64,000 bases of DNA from Tubiluchus corallicola (GCA_030141605.1 JAQGDQ010000259.1:186001-250000), one strand, 5' to 3'. Shown: positions 1 to 17,762, numbered from the stretch's first letter. Program-made: numbers and translations. The notes: a model not told the origin generated them from the sequence alone.

Positions 1-166
1 TTCCTTTGTTTGTGATAAAAATATTTTTCTAAAACACTAATGCATGATATTTGTGATTTTAATAGCAATCCTGTGTAAGTTGTTTCATATCTGGTCACTT
101 CCTCTTTAGTGAAATATAAGTATTTTTTTATTTCCTTAGTTATCTAAAGAATGTTGTTTTTGACAG

Positions 167-4367
<4,201 letters not shown>

Positions 4368-6387
4368 AGCAAAAGGCAGCCTGATGAAAAAGATTTATTT
4401 TAACTGTAATGTAAATTGTGTTATCAGTCGTTTCTGTAATAAGTTTATATTTTATTATCATGTTGTTATTATTATTAAATCCATTTGTATATCAAACAAT
4501 TTTCATAATTACCATTAGTGTAGTCATCGGTGTCACTGTAAGAAATGACACATTGCTCATTGGCATCACATTTATGCCTCAAAACACACAAACCAAGACA
4601 ATTTAAATAAAGTGGACTTTACAGTTGTGATAATACTTTATTATGAGAAGACAACACGTTATCAATTTCATTCAGATGATAGAAAGTCCACTGCTATTAA
4701 AAACTCAGTCCCATCTTTCCTGATTTACACAACCGGAAAGTAACAATTATTGAGCGAAGGATAAAAGTACTCGGTAACTGCTAAACAGATAAAACTATTC
4801 ATTTTGTGAAATTTACCTTGGTATTGTGATCCACAGTAATTTGACTCAGTTAAAATCTTATTTGGCAAGTAGCACCACCTCTTGACCAACTACCATGGGC
4901 AGGATGAAAATTAAATCAAAACGGTAGACCTGACAAACTTCCTCTTCACAAACTTCATTCATTTTCTCACAACTTTCAAGATATAATACAAAATACAATA
5001 CAACAAGTCATCGTAAAGAACAAGTGTTTTAAGCACATACTGTTTCTTATTCTTACACCACAGTAATAAGATCCTGTGATGTGATAAATTTCTCACGACT
5101 TCACACTAGATAATGTTTATAGTCGGTTAGCCCTGCATAGCTGTGACTCCGTATTTACATTTCCTTTACAATCCCCAAGTGGTTATGAATTATGATTATG
5201 TATACTTACACAAATAAGCAAAACATTCCAAAAGTATAAAATACACAAATGTTAAGAAATAGACCAGTATAAACAATTTAACAGCAGTAAAATATATAGT
5301 TCATGCAAACTTTTTCTATAGTTATATTTATAATATTATAGTTATATTTATAAATATATCCCTTTTATACATATTGTATTGTTTTACGGTACCATGAAAA
5401 AATCACATATGTACACAGTTGAAGAAAGTTTTTGACAAAAATAATCAAATTCAAAACAAAAAATAAACAAAATTTTCACGTGTATAAGTGTAGTTAATTT
5501 TATTAACAGCACACGTTCACAGTTAAATAAAACACGTGTACTTGAACCTGTTTTTTCACTTTATAAGCCTACTTTTTCTGATAAATACAAAAAAATTAAT
5601 GGGTTTAGAACCACCCAAGTTTGGAAATTTTCAGGTACTTCCTCCTTGCAGTTACTGATATTTGCCGATAATGATTCAAACTCAAAATAACAGTCTATCA
5701 CGCCACAAATAATTAATTTAATGTTATTATTTGCATGCATTTCAAAATATATTCCTGCAAAAATACAATAACTACACAAAACACACTTCACATTTTCATT
5801 ACTCACTTGATATACATTTTCATCACTGATGTAAAACGATCTTTGGTTTATTGACTTTAATATCAAAACAATATATTACATTGCACATAAACATTTAAAA
5901 CAGGCAGACGTATATACAACCAATAACTACCCATATATTTCCGAGATTTCCATAAAGGTACAATGATTACAGAGAAATTCACGTATATAATAAATAGTTG
6001 AAAAACTGAGTTTAAGATTCCTAGATGGTAGTGATAACAATAATTTCAGTATCTCCGATTTTAACCTGTTACTCTTATAATTATGGTAGTTACCTGTGAA
6101 TTAACTTAATAAATGAAAAAACTGTGCATAATAAAAAGCAATGTAGTTTTAGATCCAAAAAGAAATGGGCAAATAAAGTGTTACTGAGGAAAGCACACGC
6201 TAATTCAACAAAATGCCGTTAAACACGTAACAGTTCCTGGAAAATGACATAGCTACACACAGGTTTATTTCTTAAAATTTGTTTGAATTTGCCACGGAGA
6301 TGTTAAAATTGGTTAAAGAAGGCATCTGAAATATTAGGAGTACCAACGTGCTCCCTCCCTGTCATAAGAGGACTTCTCTGTCTGGGC

Positions 6388-9300
6388 TTAGACGTCAAAA
6401 AGCTCAAGAAATGCAGTTGGTGTAACTGGGATACTATTTGCTGTCTGCTGGTCACTCAGGCACGGATGTCCAATGGATTTCCAAAAAAGGCATCTGCAGT
6501 GTGAACACATGTGAAGCATTTGGGCATACACTTCTTTCTGTCCGTGGTAGCGGCGTAGTCTATGGTAGATGCCTCGCCAGTCGTTGGGATCTTTCTGTTT
6601 CAGCTGGATGGCGTTTATCTGCTCGCTAGTAAAATGAAACATGCACAGTTCTCGCCACAGGTGGACTTCGTTTGTCACCTCGTGATCTTTTTCTCGGTCC
6701 AAAGCTTTTCCAGCATTGAGGATGTCTTGATGATTGCTGAGCCGGAGCAATATCAGTCTGAGGCAATCTACTGGAAGATCTGATAACTTGGTGGGGTTTT
6801 CCTTATTTTCTTCATCTTCAGGTAGCCTCTGAAATGAAAGAGCTATTATTAGTTGACAGTTTGACCACATCGTCCTGTTTCCGATGTAGATTATTTAAAA
6901 TCATTATTGATTAGTACAAGCTGCTGAAACAAAGACACATTTTTGCAAAGTAATGTGAATGTGAATACAAATTTCACAGATTTTTTTTATACTGATCGGA
7001 TGCTGATCAGAACTAAATAGTTCATATGTAAACAATCTTATATTATTGTGAATAGTTACATTGAGTATATAGCAGGTTTTTGCTTTGTCTTTATATACGT
7101 GCAGTGATCGTTACTCGCGTTGGTGTCTCACAGTAGAGTCATTCAAAGTTGTAAATTAATTTTGTACGTTAACTAAATATTCCAAACTTCAATTTATCAA
7201 CAAAAAACAAAACACAAAGAAACACTGGCACCATTTCTGCTTTTTAGCTTGCAAATCAACACACATACATACAGACTTACACTAAGAATTTTACATTTTG
7301 GCTTCTCTTGTTCATTCTTGCACAGGTGGTAGGCTTCATCACAAAATTTGTGGGAAATTACGAGATCTAACCCACACAGCAGTCACAAACAACGATAAAA
7401 CAATGACAAAGCTAGTTGAATTAAAACCCCGGGCGCACTGACCTCTTTAAACTCATGGAATATATTTTGCATGGTGATCATATGATTCCACCGATGTAGT
7501 TGTTGATCGTGACTACGCCAGAGTTCTGAGCAGCCAATATGACGACCGATTAGGCATTCTTTCATCGCATTGCTTAGTTCAGACATGAGTACTTTCAATG
7601 TTCCTGTGTTTTGTTGACTGTGCACAACTGTAAACAAAATTAGATTATTATACTATTTTTACATTGGCTAGAATTTAAAGTAAAAAACTTCTGATATAGT
7701 ATTAATGGGATACTTTGTGGTTCTAGTAAAACCATAGCAATAAAGAACAAGCAAATTTGTGTTACTGTCTCAATTATACTAATGAATGTTAGTATAAGTG
7801 AGACAAATTTTAGGTATGTAAAACTGGTAAATAGATATAAGATCAGATAAAATAGTTAACTTCCAAGTTTGACACAAATTATAAAAATGTTGAACACTCA
7901 TGAATAATCTAGTAAATAAATAAACTGGAAATTTTATTACACGTTTCTTTTTACATGTTGCACAATTACTCAACATGTATGTAAGTGCCATGCACAATAT
8001 TCTAAATTACATGTAATCCTATGAATTTTCTCAAACCTGTAGTGTTTTGTAATAGTTTGAAATTCGTTAAGTAATTAATTATTGTAAGTGTATTTAATTT
8101 AATCTATATTTAGTTTAATATAAAATTCTTTGACAAAACCACTGAGATTTAATTTAAAGGAACATCATGCGACACATTCAGTAGAGAAATTAGATTTAGT
8201 ATGGAGCCCTTCGATTTAATACATGAAAGATTCATATGAAACGTACATTTAATACACTACAATTTATACATTGAATTATTGCTACAATAATTGCGTCCTT
8301 TTAGAGAAAGCAGTGATAGCTTATAAGACATTGGTCTTATTATGCTCAAGCTCTGTGACCTTTGCAAGACTGTAGTTATTATTGATTACAAAATGCACAG
8401 TTGCACATGCAGATATACATGTATATATATGTGTATGTAAATTAGAATGCAGCATAATAATAAATTAGAATTTATTACTAGCCAGTCTAACTTTTACCCT
8501 CACCCAACACTGCTCATTATCCATTTTGTTACCATCACCGGTACCCGAAAGTTACTAATTTCTTCAATGTCCTCTGATTCTCAGCAATATTTAAAGGACA
8601 AGAAAAGGGATACCTAAAGTGGTTACAGAAAAATCGCCTTAAGAAATTATATTACTTTATAGCAATTTTATGTGTATATCGTACTCACGTTAAAGGATTT
8701 TTTGTTTGTTTTCATTTTAAACTTCCCGCGACACTGTTCCGATGGCGCCATTACATGACGTCACTTATGCAAACGTAAATCAGGGGAAGAAAAGACAACG
8801 TTAAATTATGTACCAAAATACTTTCTATGCAAAATTATACTACTTAACATTTCGCTTACCTGCTTGAAAGAGTTATGTAACTAGAAAAGAAAAATATTAA
8901 TTATTTAAAATTCTTTCACCAATTGGTAAAATGTTACTGACTCAACCTCCAGGGTGCACCGCTCACTAACCAAAAACGTATTTTTTATCTTATTGACAAG
9001 ATACATTAATTTTAAATTTTACTTAGTTAGTGATGTGTGAGCTACAAATGCTCTAATTATTTTTTCAAACTTTACAGAATGTTATCTAAACTTGTTCCAA
9101 ATGGCTTATCATCATAAAGGCTGCATCTAACAGTCATCATGGGAGCTTAAATTTACATGTTTTATACAGCATTATTGCCAACGCAAGTCTAATATGCATA
9201 AAAGGTAGTGTGTAAGTGGCATAAAATTTAAAGACAATTTTTTTAAGCTTTATGCAAGTTGACGGTTTTCTTGTGCTCTAAGGATTGTAGTATGGCTCAA

Positions 9301-12300
9301 GTGTTATTTTGCTTGATGAACAAGGTGTAAACTTTAATGGTGTGCATAGCTGTGTACATCTATATATTCAAAGTTATTACCTCACTTTAGAAAAACTAAC
9401 AAATATTTTATATACTTGGTTGCTAACCATGGTTTCACTCTATTCCACAGCAATACGAATGCTGTGCACAAGTGTGTTACTATTAATTTTAGAACTTACT
9501 AACATAAAGTATTACCTTGATTAAGTACAGCCTGAATTGTAGTGAAAAGAGATTTCTGTGCAGAGCCACTCAGGGAAGACATCTTCTCTGTGATGAGATA
9601 GTACAGCACCTTTAACAAGGAAAAGTCAGAATTAAGACAATTATACAGTGAATTGATCAAATACAACTAAATAATATGTTTGTGAGAATAGAATGAATAG
9701 GTTGAAATCTTTTTTCTATTTTATAATCATTCTAGGTACTAGAGTTCTCTTTCCATTACAATTGAACATCAAAAATCAGGATTTATATATCATGCAGTTA
9801 AGATGCAAATAACATTCATTTATGAGTCTTTTCTTATGCTCATGACTGTTATGGCTGCACTGATACAAATGTTGGCCTACCTTGCAAACATAGTAGAATC
9901 TTGTGAGATCTTTGACTGCATTTTTAAAATCAAGTAACTGCAAAGCTTCATTGAGTGTGGTAGAATATGATGATTCCCTGGAACCTGAGGCATTGATGAA
10001 GACGTGTGGATGACGGTAATTACCTACAAAAATAGACACTGTCAACTAAATTTGGGAGAAATTTGACCTTTTCTCAGGTTAAATCCATTGAACTCTAGTA
10101 AGAGTTGTTCCCCACTCAAAAGTCAATACCCGATTAAAGTATTCTTGTATACATAAACCTGAAAAATGGGTAACAACAGTCAACTATTTGCAGTACAACT
10201 GCTTGCTGTTGTCATAAACACAAGGTAAACTGAATTTTAAGAATGGTGCACACTAAGGAACACCTGAGCCAAATTACACGTGGCTAACATAAAAGTACAA
10301 AATGGTCAAATTCGCAAACAAACTTGCAGAAAGGACCATTACTAGTGAATGGCTGCATTCGATAAATGCACTTTCAGTTATTTAAACCAAATTTTCTGCT
10401 CCCAAGCAAAATTGTAATCAGTCAGCTGGTATACTAATAACAAAAGTGTTATCAGTAGTAGATTCTAAGGTCCTCATTAATCGCTAGGTCTGTTACTAAA
10501 ATCTTACACTGTCACAGAGAATAATAAGTATAGTGGATATTACATTCTTTGATTGTCAACAGTATTAGTCGAAGCTAGACTTTGTTTACAGCAACGTTAT
10601 GTATCAGTGGTAACCGGTAATTTACAATTTGTTATTACTTATCTTTTTAGCCAACCACTCCTCTGACATTTTTTACAACAAAAATTGTTATAGTTATTTT
10701 AATGAGAAAATACGGAGAACTAAGGTTATCAAAAAAAGCAAAAAAATGCCTGATGGTTATCATATATACTTACTATTGTCATTGGTAATGGATAATTTGT
10801 TGTTGAAATGGATCTCCTGTTCACCATCATTGTCATTTAAGATATCTATGTGCTCAGAACTGTAAAAAATACAAAGTAATGATTAATGATTTATTTAAAG
10901 TAGGTACTACGTTAAGCCTCGTTTACACTGTTAATCCATTTTACACATTTGGTGACTTTGGTCACTTGTACAACTATTTACACTGTATGTTGTAGGCCTA
11001 GAATGTGTTAACTCATTTGCTTTCCTGTAAAAGTACACTGTCACAGCCCTCTCATGCAATATTTGTATTAGACAAGGATCTAAAAAGTCCAGGTCGGGTA
11101 GAGTATTTTCAGGCAACGAAGTTTTAGAGAGTACATCGTTCAAGGAAATAGGAGCAGCATACAGTATTACATTAAAATTTTATTTTTGATAAAGCTATAA
11201 AAAATTATGTTAATGAAACATAACATAGATGTTACATTTCAGTGTAAGGATTTATTTCATAGATACATTCAAATAAGCGCTGCTTCGTTGTGTGTTTAGG
11301 CCGAAGACAAGAACATTATTAAAGCAGACAATTAACAAGTTCTCTTCGCCACGTGACATTTTTATCCGTAAATCGCTACACCATTTCTTCATAGAATACA
11401 CATTACAGCAACAACCACAGTATTTTCATGCGCAAGTACAGCATGAAAAAACTCATATTTTGTAAATAAATGTTTCTGTCAGTTTGTCACATTACAGGCA
11501 ATTTGGCAAGGTTGCCGTTACCTGAGGTTTTATGTTTGCGCAGTTACCCTCCCAAACTTTCGCTGTGTTACACCTGCCCAAGGTCACCGCCAGACACACG
11601 TCTTTTGTTCTTGCAGCGCAAAACAAACCAGGGCGGATCCAAGGTGTTATGGTAAAAGCTAAACGACCCCATGGGGGTGGTGCAGACGTCATACATTTTA
11701 CAGTGCGGCAAAGACTGAAAGACAATGACTGCTCTTTGTCCACACTGCACAAAGCCACGGGGTTTAAATGCGATCAACCCAAACCTTTAATTTCACGTTT
11801 TTAAGCAATATTCCAGAAAAAAGATCTTATTAATCACGAACTCGCGCCAAATCAGCAGATGCACTTCTATTACTGGTAAATTATATGTAAGAATTCTGTT
11901 TTTTCAAGATGTGCTAATATTTTCACTTTTTGTTGTGTTATCACTTGTTAAAAGGGCTACTAGCCTTATTTGCCCACAGAGTGATCTGTAATAAAATTTC
12001 CAAATTACAAAAACTTTTCCAGTTTAAAAATACCAGACGGTGCCATAAAATTAAAGAATGAAACTCTCTTATTTGTAAAAGAATGTGACTTTGAAAAAAA
12101 CGAAAAATTGCAAAAATGTTTTCGCCCATCATTTGACCGCCCAAGCGAAAAAACAAATAATTACTGACTATATAATACAACTGACACTTCGAAAAACCAC
12201 TCGTCTGTTTTCATATAGCCTAGAACATAACGTCCACATAATTATGAAGGCTAACTATTAATCAGTATGCAATTAAGTAACTACCGGACGACTGCTGTGG

Positions 12301-15300
12301 CAGGTAACGAGTTAAGGTAATTTTAAACAGGAAGTTTGCATGTAATATTAGTGTTTCGTTGCCATAAAGCACTAATACAGCAGGCATGTATGAGTAAAGC
12401 GACTAACTACATTTCGAAAATTTACCTTATCTCTGTTTATTAGCTCTCAACACCCGACCTCTTGTTATTTTATATTTCTTCACTATATTTAAATGTACAG
12501 TAGCAGCTAACTTTATGTGGCAATATTATCATTATTATGTGATAAAGTTAACTTAAAATTTTAGGTGATGGAGAGGTGATAGTGACACACAAACAGCAAA
12601 AGTTCAATATACAGGTTGTTGCCAATGTCGTTTATACTGTTTGGAAAGTGACACTATTTCTTGGACCTGGAAATTAATATATCTTTATTAGTTGTAGAAC
12701 AAACGTCCCCGTAAATGATTACGCCGTTACTGTTAAATCCGTAAAGCTGAATACGCCCTCACTACTTCCAGACAAAGGAAGCTAGCAAAGGTGGTGGTAG
12801 CGAACTAAATCGAAAAGTTATTGCGCAACAAGTTGGCCCAGTTCACCGAAATGCTCACACGTTCTAGGATAAACTCCAGCAAAGTTCAAAGTATTTTTGT
12901 TGACAAGCTCTCACGTGCAATCGAGTCACGTGGGGCGCTGGAAGATCGCCAAACTTTGCTGGCTTCTTTGTTTACTTTCAGGGGCGATCCAGTTTCGACG
13001 GCAGGGGAGGGAGAAAATGGGAATATTCTGCGAAATGCGAATAGAGCTTATGCAATGGAAAACGTTTCTCTTAAGCAGTTTTGGTAAGCGTTCCGTTTTC
13101 TGTGTCAGTTAAACAGAATTAATATTTACAAAAAAGACTGAAAACTTGCAATGGAACATCCCTCCCTTCAGTTCAGATGTCATAGCTTTAGATATCCTCG
13201 ACACTGTTTATTTACATTGGGTCATTAGCTAAAACGTATTTTATGATTTCAAAACGATCACGTCAGTTTTGAGACAGAAAAATAACGTTAATATTGCAGC
13301 AGCGTGCAGTCACTGCGCAGTTTAGTATTCGCCGTTTACACGTACTCGTTGAATTCAGTGAACTTTTGCAGCCTTACTATCCTCAGCCAAGTGAAAAGAC
13401 ATTAAGTTGGTGTTAACGAAAATTAAAGATGGCAAAAATCTCTTAAGAAAATCATAACATTTCATATAATAATGTAATAATGAAAATTTTTAAGAATGTT
13501 GTTCACATTACCCGAAAATTTCTACAAACCGACGCCATACAGAACATTATATATAAATTGTTGTACAGTAAAATAATGAAATTTATATGTGCTAGCAAAA
13601 TGTTATATATAATGTTAACAAATTGAAGCAAAAAAAACAGAGTGTACCTAATTATCTACTCTATTTTGGTTATACGATGTTCGCTTCTGCTCTGTCCCGT
13701 CTTGGCTGTTTTAAGTGTATTACCTTAAGTTTAGCACAAGAAAACTCTCCATTTGCACAAAGCTTGAAAAATTCGTCTTGAAAATTTTATACCACTTACA
13801 TACTGTCTTTTTGCATTCAGGACTTCAATCGGCAGTCACACTGCATAAAACGTACAAATTTAAACTCCCGCGATGACCGTTAAACACAGCCATTTTTACA
13901 ACAGGTCATTTGGAACAAGCTTAGATAACACTGAGTAAAGTTTGAAAAAAATAATCAGAGTATTCGAAGCACACGTCACTAACTAAGTAAAATTTAAAAT
14001 TACTGTATCTTGCCAATAAGATTAAAAATACATTTTTGGTTAGTGAGTGGTGCACCCTGGAGGGTGAGTCAGCGACATTTTGCCAATTGGTGAAAGCATT
14101 TTAAATAATTAAAAATTTTCTTTTCTAGTTACACAAGTCTTTCTAGCAGGTAAGCGAAAGGCTAAGTAATATGGAAAGTTTTTTGGGACATAATTTAACC
14201 TTGCCTTTTCTTCACCTGATTTACGTTATGCGTAGGTGACGTCATGTAATGGTGCCGTCGAAACAGTATTGCGGGTAATTTGAAATGAAGACAAACAAAA
14301 ATTCCTTTCAGTGCGAGTACGATATACGCGTAAAATTGCTATAAAGTAATATAATTTTTGAGACGATTTTTTTGAAACCTACTTTAGGTACTCCTTTTCT
14401 TGTCTTTTAAAGTAAAAGCTTTACTGGACAATTTTAACCTTTCCCATGCAAAATCATTGCATTCAAGAAACTGCGTGAGGGAATCATGCTGGAGCTGAAA
14501 ACTCATAAAATGGATATAAACACCATTCTGATTAGTCCGTTACTTCCTTTGTGTAACAGACCACAGACAAGGAACAAAGAGTTGTGTTGCTAAGTGACGA
14601 CAGCTGCACGCTTTAATTCTAATAACCCCTTATATTGTTCCTTCCTATAATGAACAGCATTGCTGTCTGAAACGTACGGTGTGACTTGACAATAATAACA
14701 GAAATTAGATGGAGATATATCTTCTCATGTTACAGCGAAAGCCACATTCATACTGTGATCTTTCATAAGGCTGATGATTTGAATTTCTGAGTTGTAGTTA
14801 TAATAAACTTTTCCTAGAAGTAATATTCCAAATTAGGATAGGTGTCGATGTTTTTTCCCAATTAGTTAGTCAGGGTTTACGAGGATCTCTGGTAGAAGTG
14901 AGGTTTTGTCTAGTAGCCGCCACCTCAAAAGCTTCTGAAAGTGGGACCTAGTAACATCTAAGAAACGCATATGTTTCAATGTATTCATGACTTCTTGCAC
15001 AAGTTCCGGTAGTTGTCTGATGGCTAGTAAATTGTTTGACTGCCTCCTGTTTATTCCACATATGGGATTGAAAAGATTTGATGTGTTTCCGTGTGTAGTT
15101 TTCAAAACAAAACTACTACTAGTTTAACGTCAAAAGTCTAACAATTTCGATTATGAATATGGAATTTTTATTTAATATCACGGCATCATAATAAATTTCT
15201 CCCAATGTTTTTAAGGAAGATAAACCATAACTGCTTTGTTTTGATTTTATTAGACTATTAACTAAAGAATTACATACTGTTTCTGAGCAGTTGGCCTGAA

Positions 15301-17762
15301 ACTGTTCTGAAATTATGAGATCATAGTTTTGAAAAGAAAAATTGAAACCAATATTCAAATTTATAAGCCATCACAAAAAAAATCCATCCTGGACATGTTG
15401 ATTAATAAGAGCTTGTTAAAACTGAACCGTGCAATCACTGCAGCATGCACAATGGTTTCAAGTTGTCCGGGCAGTTTATTAGGATTTTAACAGGAATTCG
15501 ACGGAATAGGTTCATTGAAAGTTTGGAACGCGTAACTCACTGGCTTCATTGTGAGACGCACATCCGGGTAACAGGTGTTAATAGATTCATCAAGATTTCA
15601 CCAGCTGCGATGAGTTCACAAGAAGCTGAGGGAGCCTGCGTCATTCCCAGTCTCTCCAGCAGCTTGGCAACTTATCATCATCGTCATCATCATCATCATC
15701 AGCTGTTAATGCGCAGTTGGCTGTCACTAGCAGCTAAACGGCGCACAGCAGCTCTTCAACAAGCATATAAAACGGTATTTACTAGAAAACTGATTTCAAA
15801 ACCAAATATTTTCATCTTCCCAATGTTAACAAAAACCTCAGTTGTCGGGGTAGCAAAAATATTAACATGCTTGTACTACAGCTAGCGGACAAGGATGGCA
15901 ACCTGAAGATGCAAACGGTATGTGCCTACAGACTCGCAATGCGATCTGAAACTTTTTCCATCAAATAAGCGATTTTTACCTAGCCAAATTCATCGCATAT
16001 TGGCATAACTCGGTATACTTTGCAATATTGTTGTTTGTTTAGTACCGGGGTATTTTGTACGCGCAGCTGCAAAATGTCGAGATTGATTCGATTTTTAGAT
16101 GGCAGATTCGAGAACTAGATTAGAGCTGGATCATCATCCTTGAAATATTTATTTATGGGAAATAATACAAGTTGCAAAGCTGAGTTTCGTTAGAAGTTCT
16201 ACGCACCCGTTTGATAGAGCCGCCCTTTTGCGAGACTGTAGAAGAAACGAGTGGGTCTTACAATAAACTACCATTGATGAGCTGCTTAATCCACTGATTG
16301 CTTGAAATTGTTTTGATCGAATATGATCACTCTGCGTGACCCAAATAGTGCAGAACACTGAACTGCTAAATTAGCGTTGTAGCCAGAAAAACAAGAAACG
16401 ATTGGGGCAAACGGCCACTTTTAACAGTAACAGCAAATTGTAATAATAATCACGGATGAAAACAAAAGTTTTTCTTCTGCTTTTTCTTCAAAAAACCGTT
16501 TTTATTCAAAAATATGTCATGCTTTTCCTAGACTAGACTTTGGTATACACTTCCCTGTAGTATAGACTTTGGAATAACGTAAATTTAAATTGTAGCAAGT
16601 CAATCAGTCAATCAGACAGTAAAGAAGCTTGTAATTCATGATTGTGATGAAGTTTCCATGTTTTAAAAAACTATGAGAATCATAGTATGCCTTATTGTAA
16701 CTTCATGTAATATGTACCATACTTGAATTATGAGTGTTTTAATCAGCATTGTCATTACAAGACAGAGAAAAATGCAGCACTAAGTCTTCTCATTACAAGA
16801 CGGACAAAAAATGCAGCACTAAGTCTAGGTGCTCTGTGGACTGCGGTCAATTTCCAACTTGCTTAATAATTGGATTATTGAATCATGCCAATCAATAACA
16901 AAAAGCATTTGCTACTGTATAAAAAGCAATCAGTATTACGTTCAAGCTCATAACACAATTTAAAGACTTAATAAACTGCATTGATGCCAAGGGCAATGGT
17001 GTTTGCAGCACTTACAGATAACTGCACTGCTATTTAGTCTCGTGACTATCTGAATAAAAACTAGGTTTTCCTGCTATATGATTGTGCAAGAGAGCAGTGG
17101 CTGTGGTTTACCCATCAAAATATATATATGTGCTATATGTTTATTCACTCATACACGTGCGAGATTAATTACTAGTACCTATATAATATGCACATAATAT
17201 AATATTATGTAATTGACGTTGCTTTCAAACTCAAATAAAAGAATTATTTACTACCCATTAGATTTTACATTGGAAATGGCATGCACTTGTTGAATTTAGT
17301 TACAGATTATTAACCAAATAAATTTTTAACAAACAGACCAAATATAGCTGAACTGTGGCCGCACAGCAGCTTCAAGCTTATGTTGTTCATTGTCAACATA
17401 GACGAAAAGCTTAGTAAACTCCGTAGTAGCGCACAAGTTTAAATGTAGATACATTCATATAAACAAAGGGAGAAAATACCTGATCGTAAAAATATAATTT
17501 TAATCACTGTTAATATGTACTACTATATTATTATATAAACAGACAAAACTATACCGTCTCCATGGTAACTCAGCGATTTCTTTCCATAATAGCTTTGAAG
17601 ACAACGTCACATGTTAAAATACGAATTCATAACTTCAATAAGACAAGACTAAATTGCGTACCTGTACGACAAAATACTGAGAAGTTTTAGTCTTTCCCAT
17701 CCAGCATCTGTCTTAACCCAATGTTCACCCGGGGATCTCCAATCCTGCCCAATAAATGGCAT
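6388..17762 (-). CDS. FBXO32: F-box only protein 25/32 family (atrogin-1/MAFbx-like), ~349 aa, 6 exons
   Basis: Exons (minus): 17762-17662, 10859-10774, 10023-9881, 9609-9516, 7627-7443, 6828-6388, total 1050 nt in frame. N-terminus [23 protein letters not shown], then [37 protein letters not shown]-box [17 protein letters not shown], and C-terminal [16 protein letters not shown]...[11 protein letters not shown]. Probably co-orthologous to vertebrate FBXO25 and FBXO32. The 10774-10859 exon is the least certain. Confidence 0.92.
8595..9277. mobile_element. Non-autonomous DNA transposon (MITE), copy A, TTAA-flanked (Kolobok/piggyBac-type target)
   Basis: Starts TTAA|AGGACAAGAAAAG and ends GTTTTCTTGTGCT|CTAA (imperfect ~13-bp TIRs). 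Aligns by eye along its whole length to the reverse complement of 13733-14406. Confidence 0.85.
13733..14406. mobile_element. MITE copy B, inverted relative to copy A
   Basis: Starts AGCACAAGAAAAC and ends CTTTTCTTGTCTT|TTAA. Shares blocks with copy A in reverse complement, e.g. GGTTAGTGAGTGGTGCACCCTGGAGG vs CCTCCAGGGTGCACCGCTCACTAACC, and GTGACGTCATGTAATGG vs CCATTACATGACGTCAC. Confidence 0.85.
16753..16826. repeat. Short tandem duplication (~38 bp x2)
   Basis: CATTACAAGAC...AAAAATGCAGCACTAAGTCT occurs twice in tandem. Confidence 0.85.

Noticed and set aside
8591-14410. A single 5.8-kb element with very long TIRs
   Set aside because: Each copy has its own TIR at both ends, so two independent insertions are simpler, and the enclosed exons are native to the gene.
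15445-15885. 146-aa ORF with poly-His
   Set aside because: The poly-His comes from a (CAT)n microsatellite; no recognisable domain or splice structure.
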